Shown here piece after piece: positions 9,804 to 19,157 of a DNA stretch of 64,000 bases. Each line of letters starts with the position of its first letter. Within the stretch, counting starts at the first letter, position 1. The stretch spans positions 4,154,001-4,218,000 of the forward strand of contig OZ251222.1 of assembly GCA_965240325.2 (NCBI GenBank), written 5' to 3'. The notes beneath the pieces are model-generated. The model did no database searches, was not told the DNA's origin, and saw nothing but the letters and a program-made list of their open reading frames with translations. The translations under genes were made by a program, and so were the position numbers. Source of the DNA: Rebecca billardiae RCC1528 (lineage: Eukaryota; Protista; Haptophyta).

Positions 9804-11964
9804 ACAGCAGCGGACCTGAGACCGCACCCGGCACCGGTCGTCAAATCGGACGTCCGTCTGACAACTAGCTGCCAAATGTCCAACTGGCTGATCAGCTCGG
9901 ATCCGACCCGTCCGCGATCGTGCCATCGGCATCGGAATTACTACTAGTAGCTGCCAAACTGTGTCCAACTCTGGCTGATCAGCTCGGATCCGACCCGTCC
10001 GCGATCGTGCCGAGTGAGTCGTGCCGCGGAGCTCGGAGTACTGAAGGAGTCGGGTGTGACAGCAGGGTGCTTTAGCGCTGCGGCCCGTGCCAGCCAACGA
10101 CCAGACGTACTCTGGCCACTTGACCCGTTGCACGGGTGAGTGACCGTACGCCCTGCCTAGTGCCTACCGCGCGCGCCGCGCGACCGGCGACTCGGGGTGA
10201 TGGAGAGCGGATGGCGACAGCAGCAGCAGTCCTCATGAAGACGATGAAACTGGCGGCACGGGTGCACGAGGTGGCAGGCGAAAGCGCGCCGACGAGACCG
10301 CATTTGACACACCTGAGCCGCACGCGCGTGCCGTCGCCGACCGGCGAGCCCTGCAAACGCGCAACCGTACCGCGCGCGCCACGACGGCGCGGCACTAGCT
10401 GATGCAGGCCGTACTGCCGGCACTGCTTCTGCGATCATGCGCCACGGTCGCAGCTGACTGCGTGAGCAGCAAGCGGGAGGCGGGTCCGGAGGCACGTGCA
10501 GGCGCCGTCCCGCATATCCGCCATCGCCCATCGTGCCGGGGCACGTCACCTCCGACGATCCGGATGTGGCCCAGTCCGGACGTCACGCGATCCGGGAAGA
10601 CGAGTACGATTCGCTCGTAACGAACCGTTACACTAATGTCACGTCCAGCTGACGTCCAGATCGCACTTTACTTAAGGGAATCAGCTGGGCGCGGTTTTTT
10701 TTGGCCTGATAGACCTCTCAATGCGATCTCAAAAACTCGAAACTCGGTCTCCGCCAGCCCTAAAAATCGCCCCCCGTCCCTTTTTTTCCGCCGCCCCCCG
10801 TCCCTTTTTTCTTGCTGATCAAAGATCTTTTTGAAACGTGGTTCGGGCCCGCTGGTGCGGGCTCCACGCTGCGCGCTCCGCCCTGCACCGCGGGCCATAA
10901 CGGAGTTATAACCGAGTGTGTCGGGAGGCTGGAAAGGCGACGCGCAGCTGGTGGCAGGTGGGCAAGGGCCGCCATCGTCTTCTAGGTCCTGCAGGTAGTT
11001 GTAGCCGATTTCTGGAGCTCATCGGCCACGGAGCTATCCTTTATCATCATCATGGCGGCCGCTGGTCCTTTCATATCGGCCAACCACATCACTGGCTCCT
11101 CTATAAGTACCCGCTCCTCTGCTCCACTATCCGGCGTGCGAGATCATATCCAATCGCTCGATCATCGGTTACACGACCTTTCGGGCCGAGCTGCTCATCT
11201 CTCGGCCGCCCCTGCTTGCCTGTGCATCGCCATCAGCAAAGCCCGAGGTCCCATCTCGTCTGCGTTCTTTGCTTGTGCTCGTTGCGAATATATATATATA
11301 TATATATGTGTGTCCTCCTGCTGCACAAATATATAGCGCTTATGTATCACTACCAGCGCCCGGAGTAGCGTCCGCGACGCAGATGAATCGGTCCGGCCAC
11401 CTAATTTACTCTCAGGAACACCGTACTGATTCGTAAACAGAGTTGACTGACTGTTACTGAGGAGTCGTGTCGAAGCCGACGAGACGTACAGCACCGCGGC
11501 GCACGGACTTATTATAGATAGCAGAGTCTTACTGTTAATAGAGCTCTACCGTAGCTATAGCGCTAGAGTCGGATGCCCGCCAGGCCGCCACGGGCACCAT
11601 TAACGGTCTCATCTTGTCGTCGTCGTCATCATCATTTAATTACTAATTAAACTCGTATTGACAGTTTTCAGATATTGAATATCTGACGTCGTCGTCATAG
11701 TAATACTACTCATAATACGACTCACGGGCATTATTCGATTCCGTATACGGCGGAACGAGCGCGCGCTCATCGAGCATGCACGTGAGATACAGTATACATC
11801 AAGCCATCAGCCTCAGCGGTCTGACTGCACAGTGCAGTCTGCCCAGCAGTTCAGGGCAGCCTCAGAGTCGGCGAGAGAGTTGCCAGTTGGGCCCGCGGCC
11901 CCGCCACTCAGGACGGCACGGAGGCTCCAAGCCTGGCATCAAGAACGGTCCAGCGCTGAGCTGC

Positions 11965-12420
11965 TTACGTGCTCTGGCGCTGGTTGATGCGCTCTTTGAA
12001 CATACGGCCAGGCGGCAGGACGGTGAGCTCGCGCTCGTACTTACGCATGATGTCCTTGTCCGCCTGCGTCATCTGCGGCAGCTTATACACATCCGACACG
12101 CTCTTGTACGGCCCATGCGACGCGATGATGCCCGCAACTCGTGGGTACATGCCCTGGAGGCTCATGTAGTCCACAATCATGGCGTTGTTCAGGTCGATCT
12201 TGCTGCTCCGCGCTTGCTGCGCCTCGACGACCTCATCATCAGGGATCTGGTTATTGATTGACGAGACGGCGGTCGCTCCGGCGGCCTGCACCAGACCGTT
12301 CACGAGAAGAGCTGATGAGGCCAGCGCACTGCGTCGAGTCACCACTGTCGAGTGAGTCGTCGTACCTGATGGCGTTGGGCCGACGAGAGCCAGGGCAGTC
12401 ACCACCGTGGCGAGCAGCAT
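11965..12420 (-). CDS. psbU: Photosystem II 12 kDa extrinsic protein PsbU, nucleus-encoded
   Basis: Mature domain KIDLNNA...YMSLQGMYPRVAGIIASHGPYKSVSDVY...FKERIN. Presequence has a signal peptide MLLATVVTALA, a transit region, and TRRSAL...AAGA (Tat lumen signal). Confidence 0.93.
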   Translation of the reverse strand: MLLATVVTALALVGPTPSGTTTHSTVVTRRSALASSALLVNGLVQAAGATAVSSINNQIPDDEVVEAQQARSSKIDLNNAMIVDYMSLQGMYPRVAGIIASHGPYKSVSDVYKLPQMTQADKDIMRKYERELTVLPPGRMFKERINQRQST

Positions 12421-12832
12421 GATCGTGTCGTGCTTCTTGCGGACGGGCACAGGACGGACGTCCAGTCAGTCGTCCACGGCTTCGCCGCTCGCGGCGCCCG
12501 CCCCGCGCGGTCGAACGAAGAGCGCGTATCCGGTTTATTCATCAACTGCAATTAGCTGCGCATCCAATCCGGTGTAGTCCCGTGTCGGAACTTGCCGACT
12601 CTAGCCCGGACCGAGCAGGCCGGCCGTGGGGTCCAGGTCACAAGCGGTCCTCGTCACTTGGCACCGCCTCTCTAGGGGCAGATCGTATGTGTATCCCGAC
12701 AACGTGAACATTAGAGTGCCCTTTGCCGCACCGTCACCGAGGCCCACCAAAACCAACTGCGCAACATCCTGCGGCATGCACACTGACTGACGTCTCCCCG
12801 GTCGGACCTCCGACGGCCCCGGGCCGGGCACG

Positions 12833-14977
12833 TCAGCGGGTTGGGCGGCGGTGGGCCAGCGCGCTCGATGGGTTCGAGCCCGGGTCGCGCGGCGAGCCCG
12901 CCGGGAGCTCTTGCAGCTCCGGCGCCGCCGACACCGGCTCGACGGAGTACGTGCCGTCGCGCCGCATGTGCAGGTGCAGCTGGTGGAAGCGCATCACGCT
13001 CTCGCGGTGCGCGACCGAGAGCATCGCGATGCCCGCGTCGACGACGAGCTGCATGCAGGTCCGCTCGAGATTAGCGTCGAGCGCCGAGGTGGCCTCGTCC
13101 ATCAGCGCGAAGCGCGGTCTGTGGAACAGCAGCCGCGCGAACGAGACGCGCTGCTGCTCGCCGAGCGAGAGCACGTCCTCCCACGGCTCGAGTGTGTCGA
13201 GCCCAAACTGCTGCACGGTGCCCGCCAGCCCCACCTCGACGAGCAGCCGGCGCACGCGCTCGCGGCACGCGTCCGCGCCGCCGTGGCCAGGCGCGGTCGA
13301 GCCGCCGAGACTCGGCCGCGGCGAGCTCGCGTCCTCGGGCACCACGCCCGCCGCCGCAGCCCCGTTCGCCTTCGCCCCCGCCGCCAGGCCGCGCGCCTCC
13401 TCGCGCGGCAGCGGGTATGTCACCTGCTCGAGCAGGCTGCCCGGACACATGTACGGCTTCTGCGGCAGCACGAGCAGCCCGTCGTGCCCGATGTGCGCCG
13501 GGCGGAAGATGTCGCCCGCGTCGGCCTCCCACAGCCCGGCGATGCAGCGCAGCAGGCTCGACTTGCCGCAGCCCGACTCGCCCGTCACCACCACGGACGT
13601 GCCCTTGGTGACGGTGAGCGTGATCGCCTTGCCCAGCCGCCGCTTGCCGTCGGGCGTGGAGAAGGCGAGCGAGCGGCACGCGAGCGTCTCGGCCGAGTCG
13701 TGGGGCACGACGCTCGGCGGCGGCGCGGCGGCGATGGCCTCGAGCACGCGGTGCAGCTCGATCACGCGCTTGCTCAGGCCCGCGATCGTCGTGATCTCGG
13801 GCAGCAGCCCCGGCAGCGCCTGGATGGAGCCGGTGAGCATCTCGAGCGTGCCCAGGACCGCGCTCAGCTCCGCCACGTTGAACACGCGGCGCTGGCCGGT
13901 CCAGATGGAGGTGGCGGCGATGATCAGGCCGATGAGCGAGCCGCCCACCTGCGTGAACGTGATGCACACGATCAGCCGGAAGTACTGCAGCGAGAGCTTG
14001 CGCTGGTTCGCGATCAGCGCGCCGAACGCGCCCTCGAGACGCTCGCGCTCCGGCACGTCGCCGCGGTACAGCGCGATCGGCTCCGCGTACGTCTGCACGC
14101 GCAGGTGGCCGTGGCGGAAGTCGCCCTCGCGCGCCTCCTGCACGGCGGTCGAGCCGGCGATCGGGATCGAGACCAGCACGTTCACCAGGATCGTCAGCGC
14201 GTTGTACGCGTACGAGATGAGCGTGATCGACCAGCCCGCGCGCTGCACGCTCACGACCGTCGCCGCGATCGCGAGCGAGAGGTTGCTGAGCAGCGAGCCG
14301 AGCACAGAGCTGTACGGCGGGGAGACGCCGCCGCAGCACAGCTTCACAAAGTTGTTCACGTCGGACGCGATCCGCTGGTCCGGGTTGTCGCACTCGAAGA
14401 GCTGCACCTTGTAGAAGGCGTTGTCCTGCATGTAGGTGCGCTCCAGCGCGCGCGTCAGCGCGTCGCGCCAGCGGATGCCGGCGAGGAGCATCATGAGCGT
14501 CGCGGAGCAGCGCATCACAATGTACACGAGCACGATTCCGAGCGCCTGCGCCATGTCGCGGCCCAGCGCCGCGCCGTCGGCTGCCGCGCCGTGCGTGTCG
14601 CCGCCGGTGAGCTCGGAGACAATCCGCCCCGAGTAGACGGGCAGCGAGAGGCTGATGATCTGGGCGAGCACGGTGATGCAGCAGATGGCGAGCATCGTCG
14701 TGTTCTCCCAGTGCGAGCTGTTGCGATGCGCGATGCGCCACAGGCGCAGGATGTCGCGGAAGCGCCAGCCAAGGATGCGCGCGATGCGCTTCTGCGTCGA
14801 CGGAGCACCCGGGGACATCAGCAGCATGTTCAGCCGCGAGTTCCCGCGTGCGATCGCAGGCGTCTGCGGGCCGTGCTCCTCATCGAGCAGCGGCCGCGAG
14901 TTGGAGCGTATCGATGTCAGCTGCGCTTCGAGGGCGGCCGCGCCCAGCAGCTCGTCGAGCCGCGACGCCGCTGGCAT
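12833..14977 (-). CDS. ABC transporter subfamily D half-transporter (ABCD4/PXA-like)
   Basis: DNPDQRIASDV, EGDFRHGHLRVQTYAEPIALYRG (EAA-like), Walker A GESGCGKS, LPQKPY, signature LSLGEQQR, Walker B ALMDEATSALD, SVAHR. Confidence 0.92.
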   Translation of the reverse strand: MPAASRLDELLGAAALEAQLTSIRSNSRPLLDEEHGPQTPAIARGNSRLNMLLMSPGAPSTQKRIARILGWRFRDILRLWRIAHRNSSHWENTTMLAICCITVLAQIISLSLPVYSGRIVSELTGGDTHGAAADGAALGRDMAQALGIVLVYIVMRCSATLMMLLAGIRWRDALTRALERTYMQDNAFYKVQLFECDNPDQRIASDVNNFVKLCCGGVSPPYSSVLGSLLSNLSLAIAATVVSVQRAGWSITLISYAYNALTILVNVLVSIPIAGSTAVQEAREGDFRHGHLRVQTYAEPIALYRGDVPERERLEGAFGALIANQRKLSLQYFRLIVCITFTQVGGSLIGLIIAATSIWTGQRRVFNVAELSAVLGTLEMLTGSIQALPGLLPEITTIAGLSKRVIELHRVLEAIAAAPPPSVVPHDSAETLACRSLAFSTPDGKRRLGKAITLTVTKGTSVVVTGESGCGKSSLLRCIAGLWEADAGDIFRPAHIGHDGLLVLPQKPYMCPGSLLEQVTYPLPREEARGLAAGAKANGAAAAGVVPEDASSPRPSLGGSTAPGHGGADACRERVRRLLVEVGLAGTVQQFGLDTLEPWEDVLSLGEQQRVSFARLLFHRPRFALMDEATSALDANLERTCMQLVVDAGIAMLSVAHRESVMRFHQLHLHMRRDGTYSVEPVSAAPELQELPAGSPRDPGSNPSSALAHRRPTR

Positions 14978-15173
14978 GGTCGATGTCGTCGTGCGCGAGG
15001 ATCGGAGGATGACGCGATCGAGCGCGCTATTTCATCGACCGGCTGCCGCTCGCCAGGCTTCAGGTTGAAAGCGCCGGTCCGGACTTGGACGGCGGCGAAC
15101 TCCGGGAGCACCGAGCACTGGCTCCCCGGCGCGAGTTTTTCCTCGCGCCGGAGATCCGATTCATCAGCAACCG

Positions 15174-15794
15174 ATGGCGGCTGTGCACGGCAGCAGCACG
15201 CTCGCGCTAGCCCTCGCAGTGTCGTGCATGGTCGGTCGGGGGCTCGGCGAGGATACATGCGACGATCTCACGGTCGCCAATGTGACCAACGCCATGGGCG
15301 TCCTCTCCCAGAGGGCGTACTCCATCGAGCACCTCCCACACTACACGACGCGTGCGATCATGCAAACGGACTTGTGCAACCACATCAGCGGGGACGAGAC
15401 CCCCAACGCTTCCGGTGATCCCACCTCGGGCGGCGATGAGCTCGGGCTGAAATGTTTGACCGTGGCTAGGATAGATGCGGCCGTCGGGAACTGCTCGGAC
15501 ACGCCCTCGTGCAAGCCTCACCTCATTTCCCTCATCGGCACGGCTGGAACGACCTGTCGGCTCTTGGACAGCTACGGCTGTCTGCCAGGGTGGTGCACGG
15601 GCGGTGTGCTCGCCTCTTACTGGGCGGGTACATTCCCATCCCCCATGGACCATGTGTTGAAGGCCGCGCCATGGCTGGCAATCGTTGCCGCTGCTGCCGT
15701 CGCACTCGCAGTGGTGACGTCGCGGCATATCGCTGGCTGTGGACGCCGCCGCGGCGGCGCGGGCGCTTCGGCCGCTTCCTTGTCACAGTACTAA
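15174..15794 (+). CDS. Small Cys-rich secreted or membrane-anchored protein of unknown function
   Basis: Hydrophobic N-terminal signal, multiple Cys, NVT and NAS sequons, C-terminal hydrophobic helix followed by a basic RRR segment. Divergent from the ABCD gene. Confidence 0.6.
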   Translation: MAAVHGSSTLALALAVSCMVGRGLGEDTCDDLTVANVTNAMGVLSQRAYSIEHLPHYTTRAIMQTDLCNHISGDETPNASGDPTSGGDELGLKCLTVARIDAAVGNCSDTPSCKPHLISLIGTAGTTCRLLDSYGCLPGWCTGGVLASYWAGTFPSPMDHVLKAAPWLAIVAAAAVALAVVTSRHIAGCGRRRGGAGASAASLSQY

Positions 15795-15891
15795 TTAGCA
15801 GCGGCAGGGTCCGAATGCGTGCAGCAGCAGGGCTGCGAGCTGTAGATCGTCAGAAACTGCGACGCCGTCGAATAATACGCGTGTCACATGC

Positions 15892-15984
<93 letters not shown>
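15892..15984. repeat. (TAA)n microsatellite, ~31 units
   Basis: Perfect run seen directly. Confidence 0.97.
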
Positions 15985-15985
<1 letters not shown>

Positions 15986-16508
15986 TACTTAACAGTTATC
16001 GGTCAGTAAGTGAGTCTGACTATCACTATGCCTATGGCTAACTAACTGAGGCTAACTTGATAAGTAGCTGCTAACAGTGCTTGCTGGCCCAATAATCGCG
16101 CTCTGATGACTCAGATTACCATCTTGATTGACTCATCTCATTCCCATACATCTACGGGCCGGCATCATCCTGATTGAGGCCCTTCTGCCCTCCTGGACCT
16201 GTGTCCTGATGTAGTGCTGAGTTTTCACGAGCACCGAGCAGTCGTCAGTCAGTGTCTGAAGTGAGTCAGAGTGAACGGTCATGAACTCACAGCATGAAAT
16301 CATGATGCATGATTCGTCATCATCAATCATCATGATTCATGAATATGATAACGCGAACGGGCCGCCTGACTGCCCTGACTCTGGCCCTGGGCAGAACTAC
16401 GGGATCTGCAGAGTCTCGGCACAGTCGGCCTGCGTCTCTGACAGGGGTTAACCGAAGCCAGAGCCACTAATGACAATGTTGAATCGATTTTCGGCCCGAC
16501 TGAATCGC

Positions 16509-17711
16509 CTACTGCACGTGCTTGTGCAGCCAGGTGGTGATCATCGAGTCGTACTGCGCGGTGTGCGCAAACGCCTTGTCCGCCAGCTTCGCGCGCTGCG
16601 CCGCGTCCGGGCCCGCGGGCAGCGACTCGATGACAGACGAGTAGTCGGACGGGTCAACGACGATGCTCACGCGCTGGTGGTTCTTCGCCGACGCGCGCAC
16701 CATGCACGGCCCGCCAATGTCGATGTTCTCGACGCACGTCGCGTAGTCTGCGCCCTTGGCCACCGTGGCCTCGAACGGGTACAGGTTGACGACGACGAGG
16801 TCGATCGGCTCCCCACCGATCTCCTCGAGCTGCTTCAGGTCGGCCTCGATTGGCCGCGCCAGGATCCCGCCGTGCACGCGGGGGTGCAGCGTCTTCACGC
16901 GCCCGTCCATCACCTCGGGCGACTGCGTGTACTCTGACACGTCCGTCACCGCGATGCCAGCCTCACGCATTGCCTTGGCGGTGCCGCCCGTCGAGAGGAT
17001 CTTGACGCCATGCGAGGACAGCGCCTTCGCCAGGTCGGTGAGGTTCGCCTTGTCTGAGACGGACAGCAACGCGGTGCGCACTTTGCCCGCCATCATGGGG
17101 TTCGCCGGCGGCTCGGTGTACTGGTGCGTGCCCACCTGCTTGTGCAGCCAGGTGGTGATCATCGAGTCGTACTGCGCGGTGTGCGCAAACGCCTTGTCCG
17201 CCAGCTTGACGCGCTGCGCCGCGTCCGGGCCCGCGGGCAGCGACTCGATGACGGACGAGTAGTCGGACGGGTCGACGAGGATGCTCACGCGCTGGTGGTT
17301 CTTCGCTGACGCGCGCACCATGCACGGTCCGCCAATGTCGATGTTCTCGACGCACGTCGCGTAGTCTGCGCCCTTGGCCACCGTGGCCTCGAACGGGTAC
17401 AGGTTGACGACGACGAGGTCGATCGGCTCCCCACCGATCTCCTCGAGCTGCTTCAGGTCGGCCTCGATTGGCCGCGCCAGGATCCCGCCGTGCACGCGGG
17501 GGTGCAGCGTCTTCACGCGCCCGTCCATCACCTCGGGCGAATGCGTGTACTCCGACACGTCCGTCACCGCGATGCCAGCCTCACGCATTGCCTTGGCGGT
17601 GCCGCCCGTCGAGAGGATCTTGACGCCATGCGAGGACAGCGCCTTCGCCAGGTCGGTGAGATTCGCCTTGTCCGACACGGACAGCAGCGCGGTGCGCACT
17701 TTCTCCGCCAT
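16509..17711 (-). CDS. Tandem two-domain IMP cyclohydrolase (PurH N-terminal MGS-like domain x2), with no AICAR transformylase domain
   Basis: Each of two units, 618 bp apart, carries [41 protein letters not shown] and AQYD. The stop follows directly after unit 2. Likely start MAEKVRT at 17711. Confidence 0.88.
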   Translation of the reverse strand: MAEKVRTALLSVSDKANLTDLAKALSSHGVKILSTGGTAKAMREAGIAVTDVSEYTHSPEVMDGRVKTLHPRVHGGILARPIEADLKQLEEIGGEPIDLVVVNLYPFEATVAKGADYATCVENIDIGGPCMVRASAKNHQRVSILVDPSDYSSVIESLPAGPDAAQRVKLADKAFAHTAQYDSMITTWLHKQVGTHQYTEPPANPMMAGKVRTALLSVSDKANLTDLAKALSSHGVKILSTGGTAKAMREAGIAVTDVSEYTQSPEVMDGRVKTLHPRVHGGILARPIEADLKQLEEIGGEPIDLVVVNLYPFEATVAKGADYATCVENIDIGGPCMVRASAKNHQRVSIVVDPSDYSSVIESLPAGPDAAQRAKLADKAFAHTAQYDSMITTWLHKHVQ

Positions 17712-18120
17712 TCCTGCGAGAGCGGCAGCGCGGTCGTCGGCTGGGTCGACGAGGTTGGACGTCGCGCGCTTTGACGCAGGAGTTGCGTCCGGGGAGCATG
17801 GAACCGGACAGTCACGAGTCAAATACCGGTAGTTAGCAGGGCCAGCCCGGCGTTTTGAAACAGTAGGGGCCTCTCGAGACTCGACGCGGAGAACCTGGGC
17901 CGGGTCGGGACGCCGCATGTTATCGCTGACGGCCAGTCGGCTTGGTCTATCCGTACCGATGCTGTCCGCACTTGCGGTCAGCCGAGCACGGCCCCTCAGG
18001 GCACCGACGGTGGGAATTGATAGTAGATAGACGGGCGTAGGCTTCGTAGTGGGACTGGGAGGCCGCGTGTGACGGCGGGTCACAGCAGGGACGTGCTCAG
18101 CAGCGGTCTGACCGAGCCTG

Positions 18121-19023
18121 TCACGACTCACGCCTGACGGCAGAGAAGGCAAGGCCCCTAGGCACGAGTTGCGCCGCGCGCGCGAAGTCGCCAAGCGCCC
18201 ACTCCCGCCCCGCCGGCAGCGCAGATGCCTCCACGCGCCCCGCGCGCTGCTGGAAGCAAAAGTAGCCGACGCACACGTGGTCAAACGCGCTCAGGCCGTC
18301 CAGTGGGAACGGGCTCTCGCTGCGAGCGGAGCCAGCCGCCTCCGCCGCAGCGGGGGCGTATCTCGCGCGGTCACACTCGAGCAGCACGTCGCCGCGGGCG
18401 AGGTCGCACTCCGGGATGTTGCACACGAGCAGGTGCTGGTGCTGCTTTGCCGCGCCGAGCGCAGCGCTCCGCTTGGGGACGACGTGGTGCTGCAGCCACT
18501 CCTCGTCGACCGCGGCTGCGGCGAAGGGCGGGGCGAAGCTGACGCACGCCACGGTCCACGGCGCGTCGCGAAGCGCCAGCTCCTCCGCGCCCCTGCGCCC
18601 GCTCAGCTCCATCGGCGCGAACGAGACCGTGTGCTCTGCGCCGTACGCTGCGCGAGTGTCGAGCGCGTTGCCGTGCAGGATGTGCGTCGCGGCGCCGCTC
18701 TCGTCACCCACACCGACGCAGACCTCGACCGCAGGGAGGAAGGGCTTCAGGACCGAAGGGAAGACGCCGTGATACTTTGCAAAGTTGCGCGCGCGCTGGT
18801 GGCCTCCATGGTGCACCCAACGCGCGTTTGGCTGGCCGGGCGCGTGCAGCTCGAGCAAGCGCTCGTGCAGTGCCTCCGTACTCAGCGGCTCCTCGCGCAT
18901 GGGCTCGCCGGTGGAGAGGTCAGTCGAGAAGGCACGCGGTGCATTTGCACGCGCGCGCGCCCCTCGTACCGCGCGAGCGCACGTGGCACGTCGCGCCGCC
19001 GCCAACAGCGCGCGAGACGCCAT
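18121..19023 (-). CDS. Mitochondrion-targeted PEBP-fold protein, mitoribosomal mL38-like
   Basis: Arg/Ala-rich presequence ending RAFST. PEBP-like HLLVCNIP...GDVLLE, YFCFQQ and C-terminal LVPRGLAF. Confidence 0.6.
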   Translation of the reverse strand: MASRALLAAARRATCARAVRGARARANAPRAFSTDLSTGEPMREEPLSTEALHERLLELHAPGQPNARWVHHGGHQRARNFAKYHGVFPSVLKPFLPAVEVCVGVGDESGAATHILHGNALDTRAAYGAEHTVSFAPMELSGRRGAEELALRDAPWTVACVSFAPPFAAAAVDEEWLQHHVVPKRSAALGAAKQHQHLLVCNIPECDLARGDVLLECDRARYAPAAAEAAGSARSESPFPLDGLSAFDHVCVGYFCFQQRAGRVEASALPAGREWALGDFARAAQLVPRGLAFSAVRRES

Positions 19024-19157
19024 CACTCTCGATCGGCGGCACGTGTCGCCGTGTCGATCGTCTCGCGATCGTCATTATTTGTTTTATTTTCTGGTGCGCT
19101 GGTCTTTTTTTATCATCAGCAATCACAGCAGGCGCGGATGCAGCACGCGCGCGCCCG

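Larger units (their letters stand above)
7471..10900. mobile_element. Repeat family B, copy 1 (~1.3 kb, interrupted by a 2.1-kb retroelement); possibly non-autonomous Helitron-like
   Basis: 7471..7667 plus 9804..10900 align with the uninterrupted copy at 27302..28515. Terminal hairpin gaccgcg-ttc-cgcggtc. Confidence 0.7.

Noticed and set aside
9880-10010. Possible hammerhead ribozyme in the duplicated ctgatcagctcggatccgac segment
   Set aside because: It lacks the CUGANGA and GAAA core. It is a local tandem duplication absent from copy 2.
5785-10900. CRISPR array or LTR retrotransposon interpretation of the repeats
   Set aside because: There is no short repeat-spacer periodicity. The direct repeats abut with no gag/pol, PBS or PPT between them.
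15509-16009. Poly-Asn ORF (also the poly-IY ORFs at ~25077-25451 and the poly-ER ORF at ~30739-30999)
   Set aside because: Translations of microsatellites.
17712-18284. Upstream extension of the IMPCH ORF
   Set aside because: It overlaps the mL38-like gene end and intergenic DNA. Homology between the two repeats begins at MAEK.
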